DNA from: a virus
Taxonomy: Duplodnaviria > Caudoviricetes
Direction: 5' to 3' (one strand)
Virus record (IMG/VR): IMGVR_UViG_2811995040_000001
Coordinates: 13,275-77,274 of that record
DNA length: 64,000 bases
Under the pieces are notes generated by a model. It saw only the letters and a list, made by a program, of their open reading frames with translations, did not search any database and was not told the origin of the DNA. A program made the position numbers and the translations under genes. This document shows positions 22,104-33,900 of this stretch, one piece after another (the stretch's first letter is position 1; each line of letters opens with the position of its first letter).

Positions 22104-22405
22104 AATGATGCGAATGATTATTGATTGTACGTTTTTTTTACAGATCAGTTATTCAAAATATTTCAATTAAATAAGCAATCATTGGGATTGAGCCATGATT
22201 TTGTCAAATTCATTTTAATAAAAAGTATTTTATATTTAGTAAATTATAAATACTTTCATTATAATTTAATCACTTCAAAAAAAACGAATATATTAGCTTT
22301 ATTTTTTTGTTGATCTTTTATATTTGCGGTTTATATAGTAGCTCCAAGGCCTTATCTATACTTAGTCATTTTAATATGTTGGATCGAAGATATTTGAGGT
22401 GTGAA

Positions 22406-22951
22406 ATGATGTGGTTTTTTGGTGTTTTAATTTTATTGTTTTTGTTAGTCGTTATTCCTTTTTTAAAATTGAAAAATTCCAATCGTTATAATGCAGAGAT
22501 AAAAAATAAAGTCAAAGCTACGGATATAATGAAAAATAACAATAAATCCTTCGAGAGAAAACCTTTTTTAACTACAAGGGAACGTGATTTTTTTAAGAAG
22601 TTAATAGAGGATCTTAAAAGTGAATATTATGTTTTATCACAGGTTAGAGTGGTTGACATAATAACCCCAAATAGACAATTCATCGAAAGCAGCAGGGAGT
22701 TCAATGCGTTATTTAGACAAGTTTCTCAGTGGCATTGCGATTTTTTAATCATTAATAGAGATTTTAATGTTGAGCTTGCAATTGAGTTGGATGATTCAAC
22801 TCATAAGCATCCCAAAAGGAAAAGAAGAGATGAAATTTTTAATACAGCATTTAGCCATTCCGGGGTTACTCTAATTAGAGTAGTTGATTACAACCAGTTT
22901 CTTAATCTCCCTCAGAGTGGTTTATTTTTAAAAAATAATGACTCAGTTTAA
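22406..22951 (+). CDS. DUF2726-like membrane-anchored nuclease-fold protein
   Basis: N-terminal TM; LTTRE..F, QVRVVD, HCDFLI, AIELDDSTH and RD. Confidence 0.7.
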   Translation: MMWFFGVLILLFLLVVIPFLKLKNSNRYNAEIKNKVKATDIMKNNNKSFERKPFLTTRERDFFKKLIEDLKSEYYVLSQVRVVDIITPNRQFIESSREFNALFRQVSQWHCDFLIINRDFNVELAIELDDSTHKHPKRKRRDEIFNTAFSHSGVTLIRVVDYNQFLNLPQSGLFLKNNDSV

Positions 22952-22969
22952 ATTTTTATATATGTTTTT

Positions 22970-23270
22970 TTTATGCCTGTTAAGGCATGGTAGCGAAGCG
23001 ATACCCCGCAGCGCATGCGCGAGGACTCAGAAAGCCTCACGATTCATCGTGAGAATTCCCTTATACTGCAAAGCTGCTTTTAAGCTTTTTACCGATTTGA
23101 AGTAGCTTGTGTTACCTACGTCGCCTTTTATTGAGCGTTGACTGAAGTATCCGCCGCCCCCGCAGGTTCGAGGAGGCGGCGGATACAAGGACAATGCGAG
23201 TATCTAAGACAGTCTCTTAGAAAAGCTGATGCTCATCTGTATCCCCGTATCTGTAATACGGGGGTTAACT
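22970..23270 (+). other. Inovirus intergenic origin region with putative nick-site hairpin
   Basis: Several hairpins including TATCCGCCGCC/GGCGGCGGATA and CCCCGTAT-CTGTA-ATACGGGG (23243-23263). Confidence 0.55.
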
Positions 23271-23411
23271 CAGTACTTATATGCGGCTTTCCCTAATTTT
23301 TACCTTTCGGTTTTCCCGCTTTTGATATTTGAATCCAGTCTTGAACTTTGAATTTTCTACTTTTATATGTGATAGAGATCATGTTTAACATAGTTGCTTA
23401 CGTGATTCGCC

Positions 23412-23451
23412 TTGACATCCTCCACGTCCTTTAGGACGTGGAGGATGTTAA
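23412..23451. repeat. 40-bp palindrome of two IS605-type right ends head-to-head
   Basis: TTGACATCCTCCACGTCCT-TT-AGGACGTGGAGGATGTTAA, 19-bp arms with one mismatch. Confidence 0.7.
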
Positions 23452-24473
23452 ACTGCCATTGCCATAGTGCCTGTCAGTGTTTCTCCATCCCAAAGCACTG
23501 TGATGACAGTTCGGGATGCGGACAACTGCGGGGTATCATTCTGCGACCAGTTAATATTCTCCGGCCAGGTGATGGTCCCCCCCTGCCCCCGGAAAACCAG
23601 CGCCAGCACCATCGCCCGCCCTTCAGGTAAACGGGTAAACGTCACCGTGTTATCCTGTGTGCCGTCCAGGATGAATAACTGGTGTGACAGTGCATCGACC
23701 ATGCCGGCTGAGGAGGACACGGCTACATCAAAAGCCCCCTGGCGCACCCACACTTTATTGCGCCGCACATAACATATACTGTCTTCAGGCGCTTCCGTTA
23801 CCGTTATTGAGGCAGCGGCCTCCTGCGCAGCAACTTTGGCTGCATCAGCCTTCGTGGCTGAGTCAACAGCGTCTGCTGCACTTTCTGCCGATGCTTTTTC
23901 TGACATGGCGGCAGCCTGCTCACTTTTCCGCGCGGCAACCGCATTATTCTCAGACCTGCGACTGGCCTGAACTGCGCTCTCTTTTGCGGCTTCAGTCTGC
24001 GTGGCTGTAGCTGCAGCAGCTGCAGCACTTTCCGCTGATACCTTTTCTGACATAGCGGCAGCCTGCTCACTTTTCCGCGCGGCAGTGGCACTGCCTGAAG
24101 CACTGTCTTCTGCCTCTCTGGCTTTATCAGCACTTTGTCTGGCCTGCGATGCCAGCTCCTGAAACAGCTTCATAGCCTCGCTGGTCAGGTCTTCATCCTT
24201 CACCGCACGCAAGTAATCATTCAGTGCCCCGTCCGGTGAGTCAGGCCGGACCTCAATGTTCCCGACCAGAGCTGGTGGAAAGCCTTCCACCGCCAGCGTC
24301 ACGGCATAGTCTCCGGGCTGTGCATCAATACGATATTTTCCGGCTTCCGTGCCAATATCTGCAGTGACAGTCGCAATCACCGCACTGGTTGTGTTCAGCG
24401 CCCGCAAACGGATGGTACAGCCCGGTACAGGCTGACCAGCACCATCAATAAGAGTGCCTGATATAACTGGCAT
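23448..24473 (-). CDS. Side tail fibre (Stf-like N-terminus)
   Basis: MPVISGTLIDGAGQPVPGCTIRL..PDGALNDYL; Ala-rich repeats AARKSEQAAAMSEK x2. Confidence 0.85.
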   Translation of the reverse strand: MPVISGTLIDGAGQPVPGCTIRLRALNTTSAVIATVTADIGTEAGKYRIDAQPGDYAVTLAVEGFPPALVGNIEVRPDSPDGALNDYLRAVKDEDLTSEAMKLFQELASQARQSADKAREAEDSASGSATAARKSEQAAAMSEKVSAESAAAAAATATQTEAAKESAVQASRRSENNAVAARKSEQAAAMSEKASAESAADAVDSATKADAAKVAAQEAAASITVTEAPEDSICYVRRNKVWVRQGAFDVAVSSSAGMVDALSHQLFILDGTQDNTVTFTRLPEGRAMVLALVFRGQGGTITWPENINWSQNDTPQLSASRTVITVLWDGETLTGTMAMAV

Positions 24474-24516
24474 ATCACCTCCATAAAAAAAGCCCGCAGG
24501 CAGGCTTCCCATTTAT

Positions 24517-24541
24517 CAGAATGCCTCCGGGGAGCAGTCAA
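24517..24541 (+). mobile_element. 25-bp IS605 scar (left-end tip fused to right-end tip)
   Basis: TTAT|CAGAATGCCTCC-GGGGAGCAGTCAA. Confidence 0.7.
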
Positions 24542-24578
24542 ATTTGTTCCTGTTAAACGAAAGGGACCGGAAATCCGG

Positions 24579-27500
24579 TCAGTTTGTGAAGTTGCTCCCC
24601 GACCGGGAAACCATCACCAGCGGCCAGACGGAAGCTTCAGTGGTGTACTGCCCACGGACCCTCAGAGAGACGCTGATATCCACGACAGGTGAAGTGGTGT
24701 AGACAGAAAAGACAACGGTCTGATACATAGCCGGAAGCCCTGCGGTATACGGGATAACCTCCCCCGTTTTCACCTGCCCGTTAATATTTATCGTGACGGT
24801 GATGGCACCGGCGCCACCGTTACGCTCACAGTTAGCCATCACCGTGATGGTTTTCCCTATCTGATAGGTGGCGCTGTCGGTATACCGTGTTGAGGTGCTG
24901 CGTTCGTCGTTCGTCGCCCTGATGCTCACGCCCTGCATGACTTTTGAGCCGCAGATATCACCGACAAACTCTCTTGCTTCTATCACGCCAGAAAACTTAC
25001 CGGAGGTGGCATTGATTTCTCCCGTAAACGAGCCAGATACAGCGTTGATATGGCCGCTGATATCCGCATTTTTCGCAGTAAGACGACCGTCCGGCGTCAG
25101 GGAAAACGCAGGAGGATTCCCGCCACTGGTGATGGTCGGCGCGCTCAGATATTTCAGGAACACCTCGTTCATTATTATCTGGTCGCCCTGCATGACGAAT
25201 CCGGGCGTCTGGTTTCCGTTTTGCGGGTTAATGAATGCAATGCGATCCGCCGCCACCAGGAACTGGCTCGCCTTCCCGTCCGGCGTATCCTCCATGCTCA
25301 GGCCCAGACCAGCCACATAATGCCTGCCGTCCTCGGTTTGCTCTATCTTCACGCCCCACATGGCATTCCACTTTCCGTTCGCGTCCTGCCATTCTTTCGA
25401 AAACTCATCCAGCCGGCTGGCGTTGTCTTCCGTCAGCTCCACCTTCTCCAGCAGTTCTTTCCCCAGGTGGCTTTCGGTGATTTTCCCTTTGAAGAAATCC
25501 AGGTAACCCGCCGCATCGTTGCTGGCCTGCCCGGTCGCCTCCACGAATGCGGATTTACCGACCTGATTTACCGCCCGGATATAAAAATAGTAATCCCTGC
25601 CGGGCCTGATATTCACACTGGCCGCTATCCAGTACAGCGCCGTTCCCAGATATCGTGCGGCGTTTTCCACCTGATGGATATCCGTAATCTGCGCGTCTGA
25701 AAACCAGAACTCATACTGCACCGTCGGGTCGTATACCGCCTGACGCGGTGTGGCTGTAATCTGGAAATAGCCAGGGGTGAGTTCGATAAATGATGGTGCC
25801 GCCGGCGCGGAGATGCTGAACTGTGTGCTCGCCGGGTCTCCCTGTTGTCCCTGGTTGTTCACCGCCCTGACGGACAGGGTGTAGCGCCCCGGCGTCAGCC
25901 CCCGGAACCGGTACTGCGTATCCGGCGTTCCTGCGCTGCTTACCAGCCGGTCACTGCCATCTTCCGCCGCCACGTTCAGGCGCAACGAAAAAGAGACGCC
26001 CTTAACGACTCGCGGTGTGTCCCAGCGCGCCAGTACCTGATACTGTCCCTCCTCCGCCAGAATTTCTGTGGTCAGATGCTGTATCGCCGGGGGAACGGTG
26101 CCGTGAATCGTTCCGGGTTGCGGATCGAATGATGCCCCGTTGTCCACGATGGACTCTTTTTCCGGCACATGCTGTACGGCGGTGATGGCATACGTTCCGT
26201 CGTCGTTTTCCCGGACAGCCACACACCGGAAGAGACGCTGGCGCAGCGACGGCAGTTTCAGCCCCCAGACGCTGTATTCCGCCACGCCGTCCGGTATCCG
26301 GCTGACCTGAACCTGCACACCGTCGGTAACAGACTGCACGTCCACGCTGACCGGCAAGCCTTCGCCATCCACCAGGCTTATCAGCGTGGTGCCGGACGAC
26401 GGCAGGGTAATCTCCCTGTCAAGGGTCAGAATGCGGCGGGCGCGGTCAACGGACAGAATCCGCCCGCCCAGGCTGATGCCGGCATAATCCTCGTCGCAAA
26501 CCTCAATCACATCACCGGGAACGTGGCGCAACCCCTCCGCCCCCACACTAAAATCAACCGTCTGGGTTTCCAGCAGCTCCGTTTTTATCAGCCACAGCCC
26601 GGCGCGGTGCGCCTGCCCGCGACTGGTACAGCCAAACGCATCCATTTTTACCAGATTGCGTCCGTAGTGACTGATGGCGACCGTGTCTTCCACCAGTTCC
26701 GTGGATGTCTGCCAGCCATTATCAGGGTCGATCCAGTTCACCTCTACCGCATTATGGCGGTCCTTCCGCGCACTGAAGCTGTAACGGAACGGTGTACCCT
26801 CATCCGGCATTACCACATTGCTGCGGGTATAGGTCCAGACTGTATCCGAGGGCCTGTCCTGCACGAAGGTCAGCCTCTGCCCGTTCCACACCGGCATACA
26901 ACGCATGGCGGAGCAGAAGTCGGTCAGCACATCCCACGCCTTACGCTGCTGTGCCAGATACGCATTAAAGGTCATACGCGGCTCTGTCCCGCCGAATCCG
27001 TCAGGGACCATCTGGTCGCAGTACTGGCCTATTGCATACAGCGCCCACCTGTCCACGTCCGCCGCGCCGATTCGCTGTCCCATGCCATAACGGGGATGTG
27101 TCAGCACATCCCATAAACACCATGCCGGATTATTGCTGTATGCAGGCTTGAACGTGCCGTCCCAGATGCCGCTGTAGGTTCGCGCTACCGGATCGTAATT
27201 CGACGGCACCTGAATAATCCGCCCGAAAAAATGGTAATTTCGCGTCACCTGCTGGCTGCCGAACTGCTCAGACTCCACCTGCAGGCCAATCACGGCGGTG
27301 TTGGGATAGCGCTGCCGGACATCAATAATCTCGGTATACGACGACCAGACCGTGTTGTTCTGTAACTGGTCAGTGGTACTGTCTGCCGTCACACGTACCA
27401 TCCGGATACCAAATGGCCGGGGAGGGAGATTATCCACTATCACCGAGGCCAGATACTGTGTGGTTGTTTTCCCGGTAATCGTAATCTCTTTTTCCACCAC

Positions 27501-27941
27501 CCACTGACCATAGCGCTCAAGATGGATTTGCAGCCTGACGGATGTCGGATTTCGGTCGCCCTTGCTGTTGGCCTCCACCAGTGACTGCACGCCGAACGTA
27601 AAACGCAGGCGGTCAATATTTGCAGCCGTGATGGTCCTGGTCACCGGATTGTCGTGTCTGACCTGTACACCAAGCACCGTCTCGGCGCCGGACGATTCAA
27701 ATCCCTCCAGCGGGGTCTGTTCCTGCTCACCGACGCGGTATACCACCTTCACGCCGTGGATATTCGTGTTACCGTCGCGGTCCACCACCGGCGTCTGGTT
27801 TACCAGAACACTTTGCAGACCGTTCACCGGGCCTTCTATCGGTCCCTCGCTGATGGCATCGATGACACTCAGCAGCTGCGTGGATTTAAGGTTATCCGGT
27901 GCCTCGCGGGGCGTATGCCCTTTTCCTCCGCCCTTTCCCAT
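24579..27941 (-). CDS. Host-specificity tail tip protein J
   Basis: [39 protein letters not shown]; 1120 aa. Confidence 0.95.
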   Translation of the reverse strand: MGKGGGKGHTPREAPDNLKSTQLLSVIDAISEGPIEGPVNGLQSVLVNQTPVVDRDGNTNIHGVKVVYRVGEQEQTPLEGFESSGAETVLGVQVRHDNPVTRTITAANIDRLRFTFGVQSLVEANSKGDRNPTSVRLQIHLERYGQWVVEKEITITGKTTTQYLASVIVDNLPPRPFGIRMVRVTADSTTDQLQNNTVWSSYTEIIDVRQRYPNTAVIGLQVESEQFGSQQVTRNYHFFGRIIQVPSNYDPVARTYSGIWDGTFKPAYSNNPAWCLWDVLTHPRYGMGQRIGAADVDRWALYAIGQYCDQMVPDGFGGTEPRMTFNAYLAQQRKAWDVLTDFCSAMRCMPVWNGQRLTFVQDRPSDTVWTYTRSNVVMPDEGTPFRYSFSARKDRHNAVEVNWIDPDNGWQTSTELVEDTVAISHYGRNLVKMDAFGCTSRGQAHRAGLWLIKTELLETQTVDFSVGAEGLRHVPGDVIEVCDEDYAGISLGGRILSVDRARRILTLDREITLPSSGTTLISLVDGEGLPVSVDVQSVTDGVQVQVSRIPDGVAEYSVWGLKLPSLRQRLFRCVAVRENDDGTYAITAVQHVPEKESIVDNGASFDPQPGTIHGTVPPAIQHLTTEILAEEGQYQVLARWDTPRVVKGVSFSLRLNVAAEDGSDRLVSSAGTPDTQYRFRGLTPGRYTLSVRAVNNQGQQGDPASTQFSISAPAAPSFIELTPGYFQITATPRQAVYDPTVQYEFWFSDAQITDIHQVENAARYLGTALYWIAASVNIRPGRDYYFYIRAVNQVGKSAFVEATGQASNDAAGYLDFFKGKITESHLGKELLEKVELTEDNASRLDEFSKEWQDANGKWNAMWGVKIEQTEDGRHYVAGLGLSMEDTPDGKASQFLVAADRIAFINPQNGNQTPGFVMQGDQIIMNEVFLKYLSAPTITSGGNPPAFSLTPDGRLTAKNADISGHINAVSGSFTGEINATSGKFSGVIEAREFVGDICGSKVMQGVSIRATNDERSTSTRYTDSATYQIGKTITVMANCERNGGAGAITVTININGQVKTGEVIPYTAGLPAMYQTVVFSVYTTSPVVDISVSLRVRGQYTTEASVWPLVMVSRSGSNFTN

Positions 27942-28003
27942 TTATTAACCCCGTAAAACGACAAAACCGCCCGGAGGCGGTTCTGTCTGAATCTTTTCTG
28001 TTG

Positions 28004-28651
28004 TCAGCGGCCAATCACCACAACCTGACCACCATCTCCTTCATCAGCGGTACTGACTTCCTGGGAAATCACGCGTGACCCCACCTGCATCTCGCCGTAC
28101 AGCACCGGCAACGTGTTACCATTGGCAACCATATTATCCAGCGACGAGAAATATGTGTTCTGCCTGCCGTTATCGGTCTGCCTCATTTCGGGCATTTTGG
28201 GTTTTGGTGCCAGCATCTGCGCCACACCGCCCAGAATCATCGCACCTCCAGTCATATACATTCCGGTTATCGCTGATGCTCCCAGCCAGCCTGCCGGGTT
28301 CCACCAGGCTACGGCAATCAGCGCCGCACCAAGCACCGCCTGAAACACCCCGCCAGGTTTGGCCCCGGCCAGACGCGGCACAATATGAATCACCGCGCCA
28401 GGCGGCAGCGGGTCATGCAGGCTGGTTGTCAGGGTATCAGCCGTAACATCGTCTCCGGCTATGCGTACCTGATACCAGCCGTCGTTCAGTTTCTGCCGGA
28501 GACCGGGCAACTGTACCGCCAGTGCCTGGACAGCTTCAGCACCACTGGCTACCTGCAGGCTGACGCGGCGGCAAAATCGTTGCAGATCCCCGTAAAGGCA
28601 AATTCGCGCCATGCCCGGTGTCGCCAGATGGAGTGCGTGCGTCGTTGCCAT
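28004..28651 (-). CDS. Tail assembly protein I
   Basis: ICLYGDLQRF; NTYFSSLDNMVA.GN.LPVLYGEM.VGSRVISQ. Confidence 0.92.
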   Translation of the reverse strand: MATTHALHLATPGMARICLYGDLQRFCRRVSLQVASGAEAVQALAVQLPGLRQKLNDGWYQVRIAGDDVTADTLTTSLHDPLPPGAVIHIVPRLAGAKPGGVFQAVLGAALIAVAWWNPAGWLGASAITGMYMTGGAMILGGVAQMLAPKPKMPEMRQTDNGRQNTYFSSLDNMVANGNTLPVLYGEMQVGSRVISQEVSTADEGDGGQVVVIGR

Positions 28652-29286
28652 TTATCGGTATACCTCTCACGTTTACTCAGTTGTTCAGGAATATGGTGCA
28701 GCAGCTCTCCGTCGCCGCAGTAAATCGCTGCGTGGTTCGGAACGGAGGAGCCAAAGCAGCAAATCAGCACGTCGCCGGGCTGCGCACTGGCTGCGCTGAC
28801 ACGGTAAAATCCCGTCGTCTCCAGATTATCCAGATAGAGATTGTCACCATGCCGCCACCAGTCGTCGTCCCGGTGAAAATCCGGCATATCAATCCCCGCC
28901 AGATGATAGGCATCACGGAACAGTGTGTAACAGTCAAAAACCCCATGTTTAAACTGTCGTCCGGTCAGGTGTGGTACACAGCGGAATTTATGTACCTGCC
29001 CGTCGCATACCAGCCACCACGGCAGGTCGCTTTGAACCTGCAGCCTGCGGTCCACATCGCTCAGATACGGCTGGCCACCAGGATGGCTGTGAACCAGCGC
29101 CACAATCTCCCCCTGCGTATCAGCCCTCAGCCAGTCCTCCGGCGCCATACGGAAATAATCCTCCGGCGCGGCAGAAATATTCACACAGGGGAGATACCGT
29201 TCTCCCGCCTGTGTTCTCACCACGAAGCCGCACGACTCCGCAGGCGCACACCGTCGGGCGTGCGCCAGAATGTCATCACTATTCAT
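28549..29286 (-). CDS. Tail assembly protein K (JAB plus NlpC/P60)
   Basis: ILAHARRCAPAESCG, VHSHP, DCYTLFRDAY and NHAAIY. Confidence 0.92.
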   Translation of the reverse strand: MNSDDILAHARRCAPAESCGFVVRTQAGERYLPCVNISAAPEDYFRMAPEDWLRADTQGEIVALVHSHPGGQPYLSDVDRRLQVQSDLPWWLVCDGQVHKFRCVPHLTGRQFKHGVFDCYTLFRDAYHLAGIDMPDFHRDDDWWRHGDNLYLDNLETTGFYRVSAASAQPGDVLICCFGSSVPNHAAIYCGDGELLHHIPEQLSKRERYTDKWQRRTHSIWRHRAWREFAFTGICNDFAAASACR

Positions 29287-29344
29287 ATCTGGCTCCGAGA
29301 AATAAAAAAACCGCCGAAGCGGTTTTTACGTTATATATTTTAAT

Positions 29345-29869
29345 TTACATATTTTGATTTAGTTTTTCTTTATACCCTTCGATATCAAAATAGAATTGTC
29401 TGTTTCCACCCTGATAAAATCCACTCTCAATAATTAATTTTTTATGTGCTCCAACATTCTTAATAAATGATGCGCCATTTCTAATAAAAATAACATCACT
29501 GCTACCATCTGATGATGTTCTTGCTTTATAGCGTAATATTTTACCATCATCAAACTTTACAGAAATACTGCATTCCTCATAGAGAATACAGTTAAACTGA
29601 CCGGGTTTGATTGTTAACAGGACATCAGCTGGTTTAAGAGTGTTAATATCCTGACCCTTTTGTAGTTTTGTCCATTTAGACCTTAGTATAAGCTCCATTT
29701 TTGAGCCACCATCATATGGAGCATCGAAATACACATTATTAGTTGACTCAGTCACCAGCTCTTTTATTACTGTACCTCTCATTCCGTCACTGAAGTATTT
29801 AGCCTTCCATTGACCCGCGTAAGAGTTAAATGACAGAAAAACAAAAACTAAACAAATAATAATCTTCAT
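29345..29869 (-). CDS. AT-rich moron, exported hypothetical protein
   Basis: Signal peptide MKIIICLVFVFLSFNSYA; own terminator at 29305-29327; sits between L and K. Confidence 0.65.
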   Translation of the reverse strand: MKIIICLVFVFLSFNSYAGQWKAKYFSDGMRGTVIKELVTESTNNVYFDAPYDGGSKMELILRSKWTKLQKGQDINTLKPADVLLTIKPGQFNCILYEECSISVKFDDGKILRYKARTSSDGSSDVIFIRNGASFIKNVGAHKKLIIESGFYQGGNRQFYFDIEGYKEKLNQNM

Positions 29870-29953
29870 GACTATGCCCTTTTTATTAAAACAAGGGCAG
29901 ATTATCATATTGATTCATTATGCAGCTATTGATTTCTTTAGGCATATTTTAAT

Positions 29954-30649
29954 TTAACTCAGACGGTTGATAGACAGGAAACCTCCAAAGTTTTCTGTAT
30001 TATTTCGCAATGAACAACCACGTTCACAGCGACTGCAGGCATCCTTTGCGGGATCTGCTGTCGGCTGGTCAAATTCGTCAGCTACTGCTGGGCCAGCATA
30101 ACCACACTCATCAGAACGGTAAATCCATGTACATGTGTTGGCCAGCATGATACGCCCAGGAAAAACGCTGCCATCAGTTTCAGTCGGCGTTGCCAGGACA
30201 AATGTCGCACTAACTGACGTCAGTTCACTACACTGCTCAATCACCCAGCGACTGACAGATTCCTGCTCCGGGTCTGCCTCCTGATTGCCACTGTGGAAAT
30301 TCACGGCATCGAGAAACCTCGCGTATACCTTCCGGCGTATTACCGTCGCCCCGGCCAGGCTTTGCAAATCCTCCACCATACCGGTCACCATACCGTAAAG
30401 ATTAGAGACCTTGAGTGACGGGCGCGCAGCTGCACCTTTGCCGTTCATTTCAAATCCGCTACCCTCTATAGGATAAACATCATACTTCCGTCCCTGCCAG
30501 GTAACTGCCTCTCCCTTTTCATTCGCCTCGTTACAGAAAAAATAACGATCGCCACCAATTCCTGTCAGATCTATTTCCCATAAAACTACCTGTGCAGATT
30601 GTTCTGTCCGGGTAATTTCAGTCAGCGTTGACAATGGAATATCCTGCAT
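29954..30649 (-). CDS. Minor tail protein L
   Basis: LWEIDLT..GG.RYFFCNE; ANTC.W.YRSDECGY. Confidence 0.93.
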   Translation of the reverse strand: MQDIPLSTLTEITRTEQSAQVVLWEIDLTGIGGDRYFFCNEANEKGEAVTWQGRKYDVYPIEGSGFEMNGKGAAARPSLKVSNLYGMVTGMVEDLQSLAGATVIRRKVYARFLDAVNFHSGNQEADPEQESVSRWVIEQCSELTSVSATFVLATPTETDGSVFPGRIMLANTCTWIYRSDECGYAGPAVADEFDQPTADPAKDACSRCERGCSLRNNTENFGGFLSINRLS

Positions 30650-30658
30650 ACTGTGCTC

Positions 30659-30991
30659 CTAAATAACAACCTGCTCAAACGTACAATTAAAATCTGTATA
30701 ACAGGCATAATCCGTAACAGACCATTCCCTGCAGACGATTCTGATTGTCCGATTATGTTTTGGTGGGCGCCATAAAAATGCCTTAACCCCGGAGTGATCA
30801 AAAAGAAAATCTTCCAGCGCCTGACGCTCTTCCTCCGACGTAACTCTGAATACAGGCTTAAAACTTTTTAACCTGAAATTGAGTCCTGCAGGTCTTCGTT
30901 GTTCATAGCCATCCCCGAATTTAACAGTCTGTACCGCTGGCGTAACCGATGACTGCATCCCCTCTCGTGGTATCCAGTAAAATGTTTTCAT
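30659..30991 (-). CDS. Minor tail protein M
   Basis: MKTF.W; VKFGDGYEQRRPAGLN. Confidence 0.92.
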   Translation of the reverse strand: MKTFYWIPREGMQSSVTPAVQTVKFGDGYEQRRPAGLNFRLKSFKPVFRVTSEEERQALEDFLFDHSGVKAFLWRPPKHNRTIRIVCREWSVTDYACYTDFNCTFEQVVI

Positions 30992-30994
30992 TGA

Positions 30995-33900
30995 TCACCT
31001 GCTCAACATTCCGCCATCACGACGCATGGACTGCATCGTTATCTGTACCCGTGAATCGATCATCTGGATAAGGTTTCTGGCAGCCTGTGGACCGATTTCT
31101 CCGTTTTTCCCATCATTCTGGATAGCAATATGATAAACGGGGGAATACACCATTTGACTGGCGCGACCATCACGGCTGCTGGCATCAGCATCTCGCAACG
31201 CTCTGACACCAAGTACACCATCCGCCGTTCTGGATAACGGCATAATTGCCTCCGGGCCAGCCTCCCCAAATACCCCGGCACCTTTCGCAAAAGCAAACAA
31301 CGTAGGGGTATTATAAATACCGTTACTAAACGAACTCAGCGACGGGGAATCGTAAACACCACCATTGGCGTTAAATTCAAAGCTGCTGGCAAAACTACTT
31401 ATAGCCGTTCCGGTACTTTCACCTAAACCGCCTGATATTCCTGATCCAATTCCCATGATGGATTTCAGGATTGTATTAGTCAGCAGGGCCTGCGCGGCCA
31501 TATCTGTCAGGTTTTTAATAACTGACTGCGCCAGTGATGCAAACATACTAACCATGCCATCCCGGAACGACTGCGTATTCATCAGTAACCCGGTTAGCAT
31601 ATTACTGGTTCGTTCCTGCGCAGTCTCAAACAGACCAATACTCAGATTATTGAGATCACCTTGCGAGCGATACAGTTCTACAGCCGTCTGATATTGTGAA
31701 TCAGCAGAATCCTTAGCGGCTTTTTGCTTCAGCATTTCGTATTGCTCTTTGCTGATCGCATCGTTCTGATAATATGCCTGCAGTAGTGCCTGGCGCTGGG
31801 TTAGCTGATTGCGAAGATCTGCCAATGGGTCTACTGTCCCGGCTATATTAAGCAATGGTGCAGATGCCGCATCAGCCTGGGCCTGTAACAGTTCACGGGC
31901 CGTACTTTGTGCCAACGTAATTCGGGCCGTCTGATACTCTTTTTCCGTAAGAAGGCGAGCATCTAAAAGGGATTTTAACTCCTGACTTGCTTCGCGCTCT
32001 TTATTCAGCGACGCTCTGACTGGCGCATACTGCTCCGCCAGTTCGAGACGCTGTTTCTGATAGTTTTCCGCATTCAGTAACAGGGTTTTCTGGAGATCAG
32101 CATCGCTGACGCCATTTTTTTTCGCCGCTTCAGCCAGCTTCCTAGAACTTTCTTGCTCTTGTAGGTTGATACGGCTAAGACTGGTCGCGTGCGCCGCCTC
32201 GATTTCACGCCGCAGTTGTTCATACTGGTTAACCTTTGCCTTTTTCTCCTTATCAGTATCCCCGCCTTCTCCACTCCAAGTGGTATTAGGTTTGTCACGT
32301 CCTGTATCATTTTTCCCGGGTTTATTCGGCTTAGGCGTGGGGCCGGTCTTCCCTGATTTAGCCTGTTCTATCGCCTCTTTGATAACTTTTTTTCGTTCTT
32401 TGAGGAGTTTTAACCCCTGCTCAACGGCATCAAGATCCCCTTTGTAGCGGGTTTTATCGTTCTGTACGCCTTTAAGCTGTCCAAAAGGATCGAAGCCGCT
32501 CAATCCATCAATACGACTGTCCGCATCCTGAATCTGTTTAATCAGTTTATTTCGCTGAATAACCTGATTCTCAAACTGTTCATCAATATCCAGCTGTTTC
32601 ACGTTGAGCTGGTTAAGCGACAGTTTTTTTAGTTCTTCATTGGTTTCAACAACAGCATCTTTCAGGTTTATTGCCGACTGCCGCGCATCTTTGGCCTTTT
32701 GATGAAAATATAACAATGCTGACCCTGCCAGCATGGCTGCTCCAAATGGCCCGCCAACCAATGCCAGCGCTCCTTTGGCCAACCCAATAGCAACTGAAGC
32801 AGCGCGCGCTGATATAGACAACTGTTTATTGGCTATATTTAGCTGATATTTTGCCTGTGTGGCCAGTAATGTCTGCTCAGTTTCCTGCCTGATCAGGCGG
32901 TTAAAATCACTCTGGTAACTGACATTCAAACCATATAATTTGGCCGTTTTTTCCATTTCACGATAATGGCCAAATTCAGCATTATTCTGCGCCAGAATCG
33001 CAGCTGTACTCTCCAGCGTTTTCCTGGCTATATCTGCCTGTGCCTGTGCGGCGGCCTTCACTGCCACCTGATTTTCACGCCAGGCACTAATATTCCCGCG
33101 AACTCCTGCAGTCAATTTTGTAGCTATAACAGGAATCAACGTATACAGCGCTACGTTGGCGACCGTATTAAAATTATCCGCCAGCCCATTCAGCGCTTCT
33201 GTAATGGTCTGAACACCACTTCGCAGCGGGCCATCTCCGCTCTGTCCCACCTTAACAATCAGACCTTCAAAAGCCGAAGTCAGGCTGAGAAGATCACCGT
33301 TCAGGTTATTAACCCTGATGGCAGCCTGCTCATGTGCCGTCTGCGTTCCTGTCAGCGCAGTGGTCAGTTCATCCAGTTTGCTCCGGTTATCAACCAGTAT
33401 CGATGCCGCAGTGATGTTTTCCACACCAAAAAGTTTAACCGCCTGTGCCGTCGACAGGTTTTTCCCTGCAAGATTAGCCAGCGCCTGGCTTAACCCAACG
33501 ACAGATGGTTTCAGGCTTTTGTCCGCCCCTTTTTCAAGGTTGAGGATAACGTTACGTAAAGCTGTCCCTGCTTCACCACCTTTAATTTCTCGCGCAGCAA
33601 GTACCTGAATTGCAGCATTAAGCTGCTCGAACCCTACGCCTGCCTGTGCTGCCGCCACGCCACCATTTTTAATGGCAGCGGCGGTATCCACTATTTCAGA
33701 CGAGCCGTACTTAGCCCCTGCGGCCAGTACGTTAATATAGCGATCGGCCTGTTCCGCACCGGCGCCAAACTGGTTTAATGACAGTGCCAGTGTTCTGGTT
33801 GCATCCGGGAGCGTCGTACCTGCTGCCTGCGCCAGCGTCAGGGCGCTTTTGGTAGCAGCAGAAAGCCCTTCAGAGGTACTCAGAAGCTCTGGTTTAGCCG

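Noticed and set aside
23800-24130. Internal repeats in the tail-fibre gene
   Set aside because: Ordinary Ala/Ser-rich coiled-coil repeats of Stf-like fibres.
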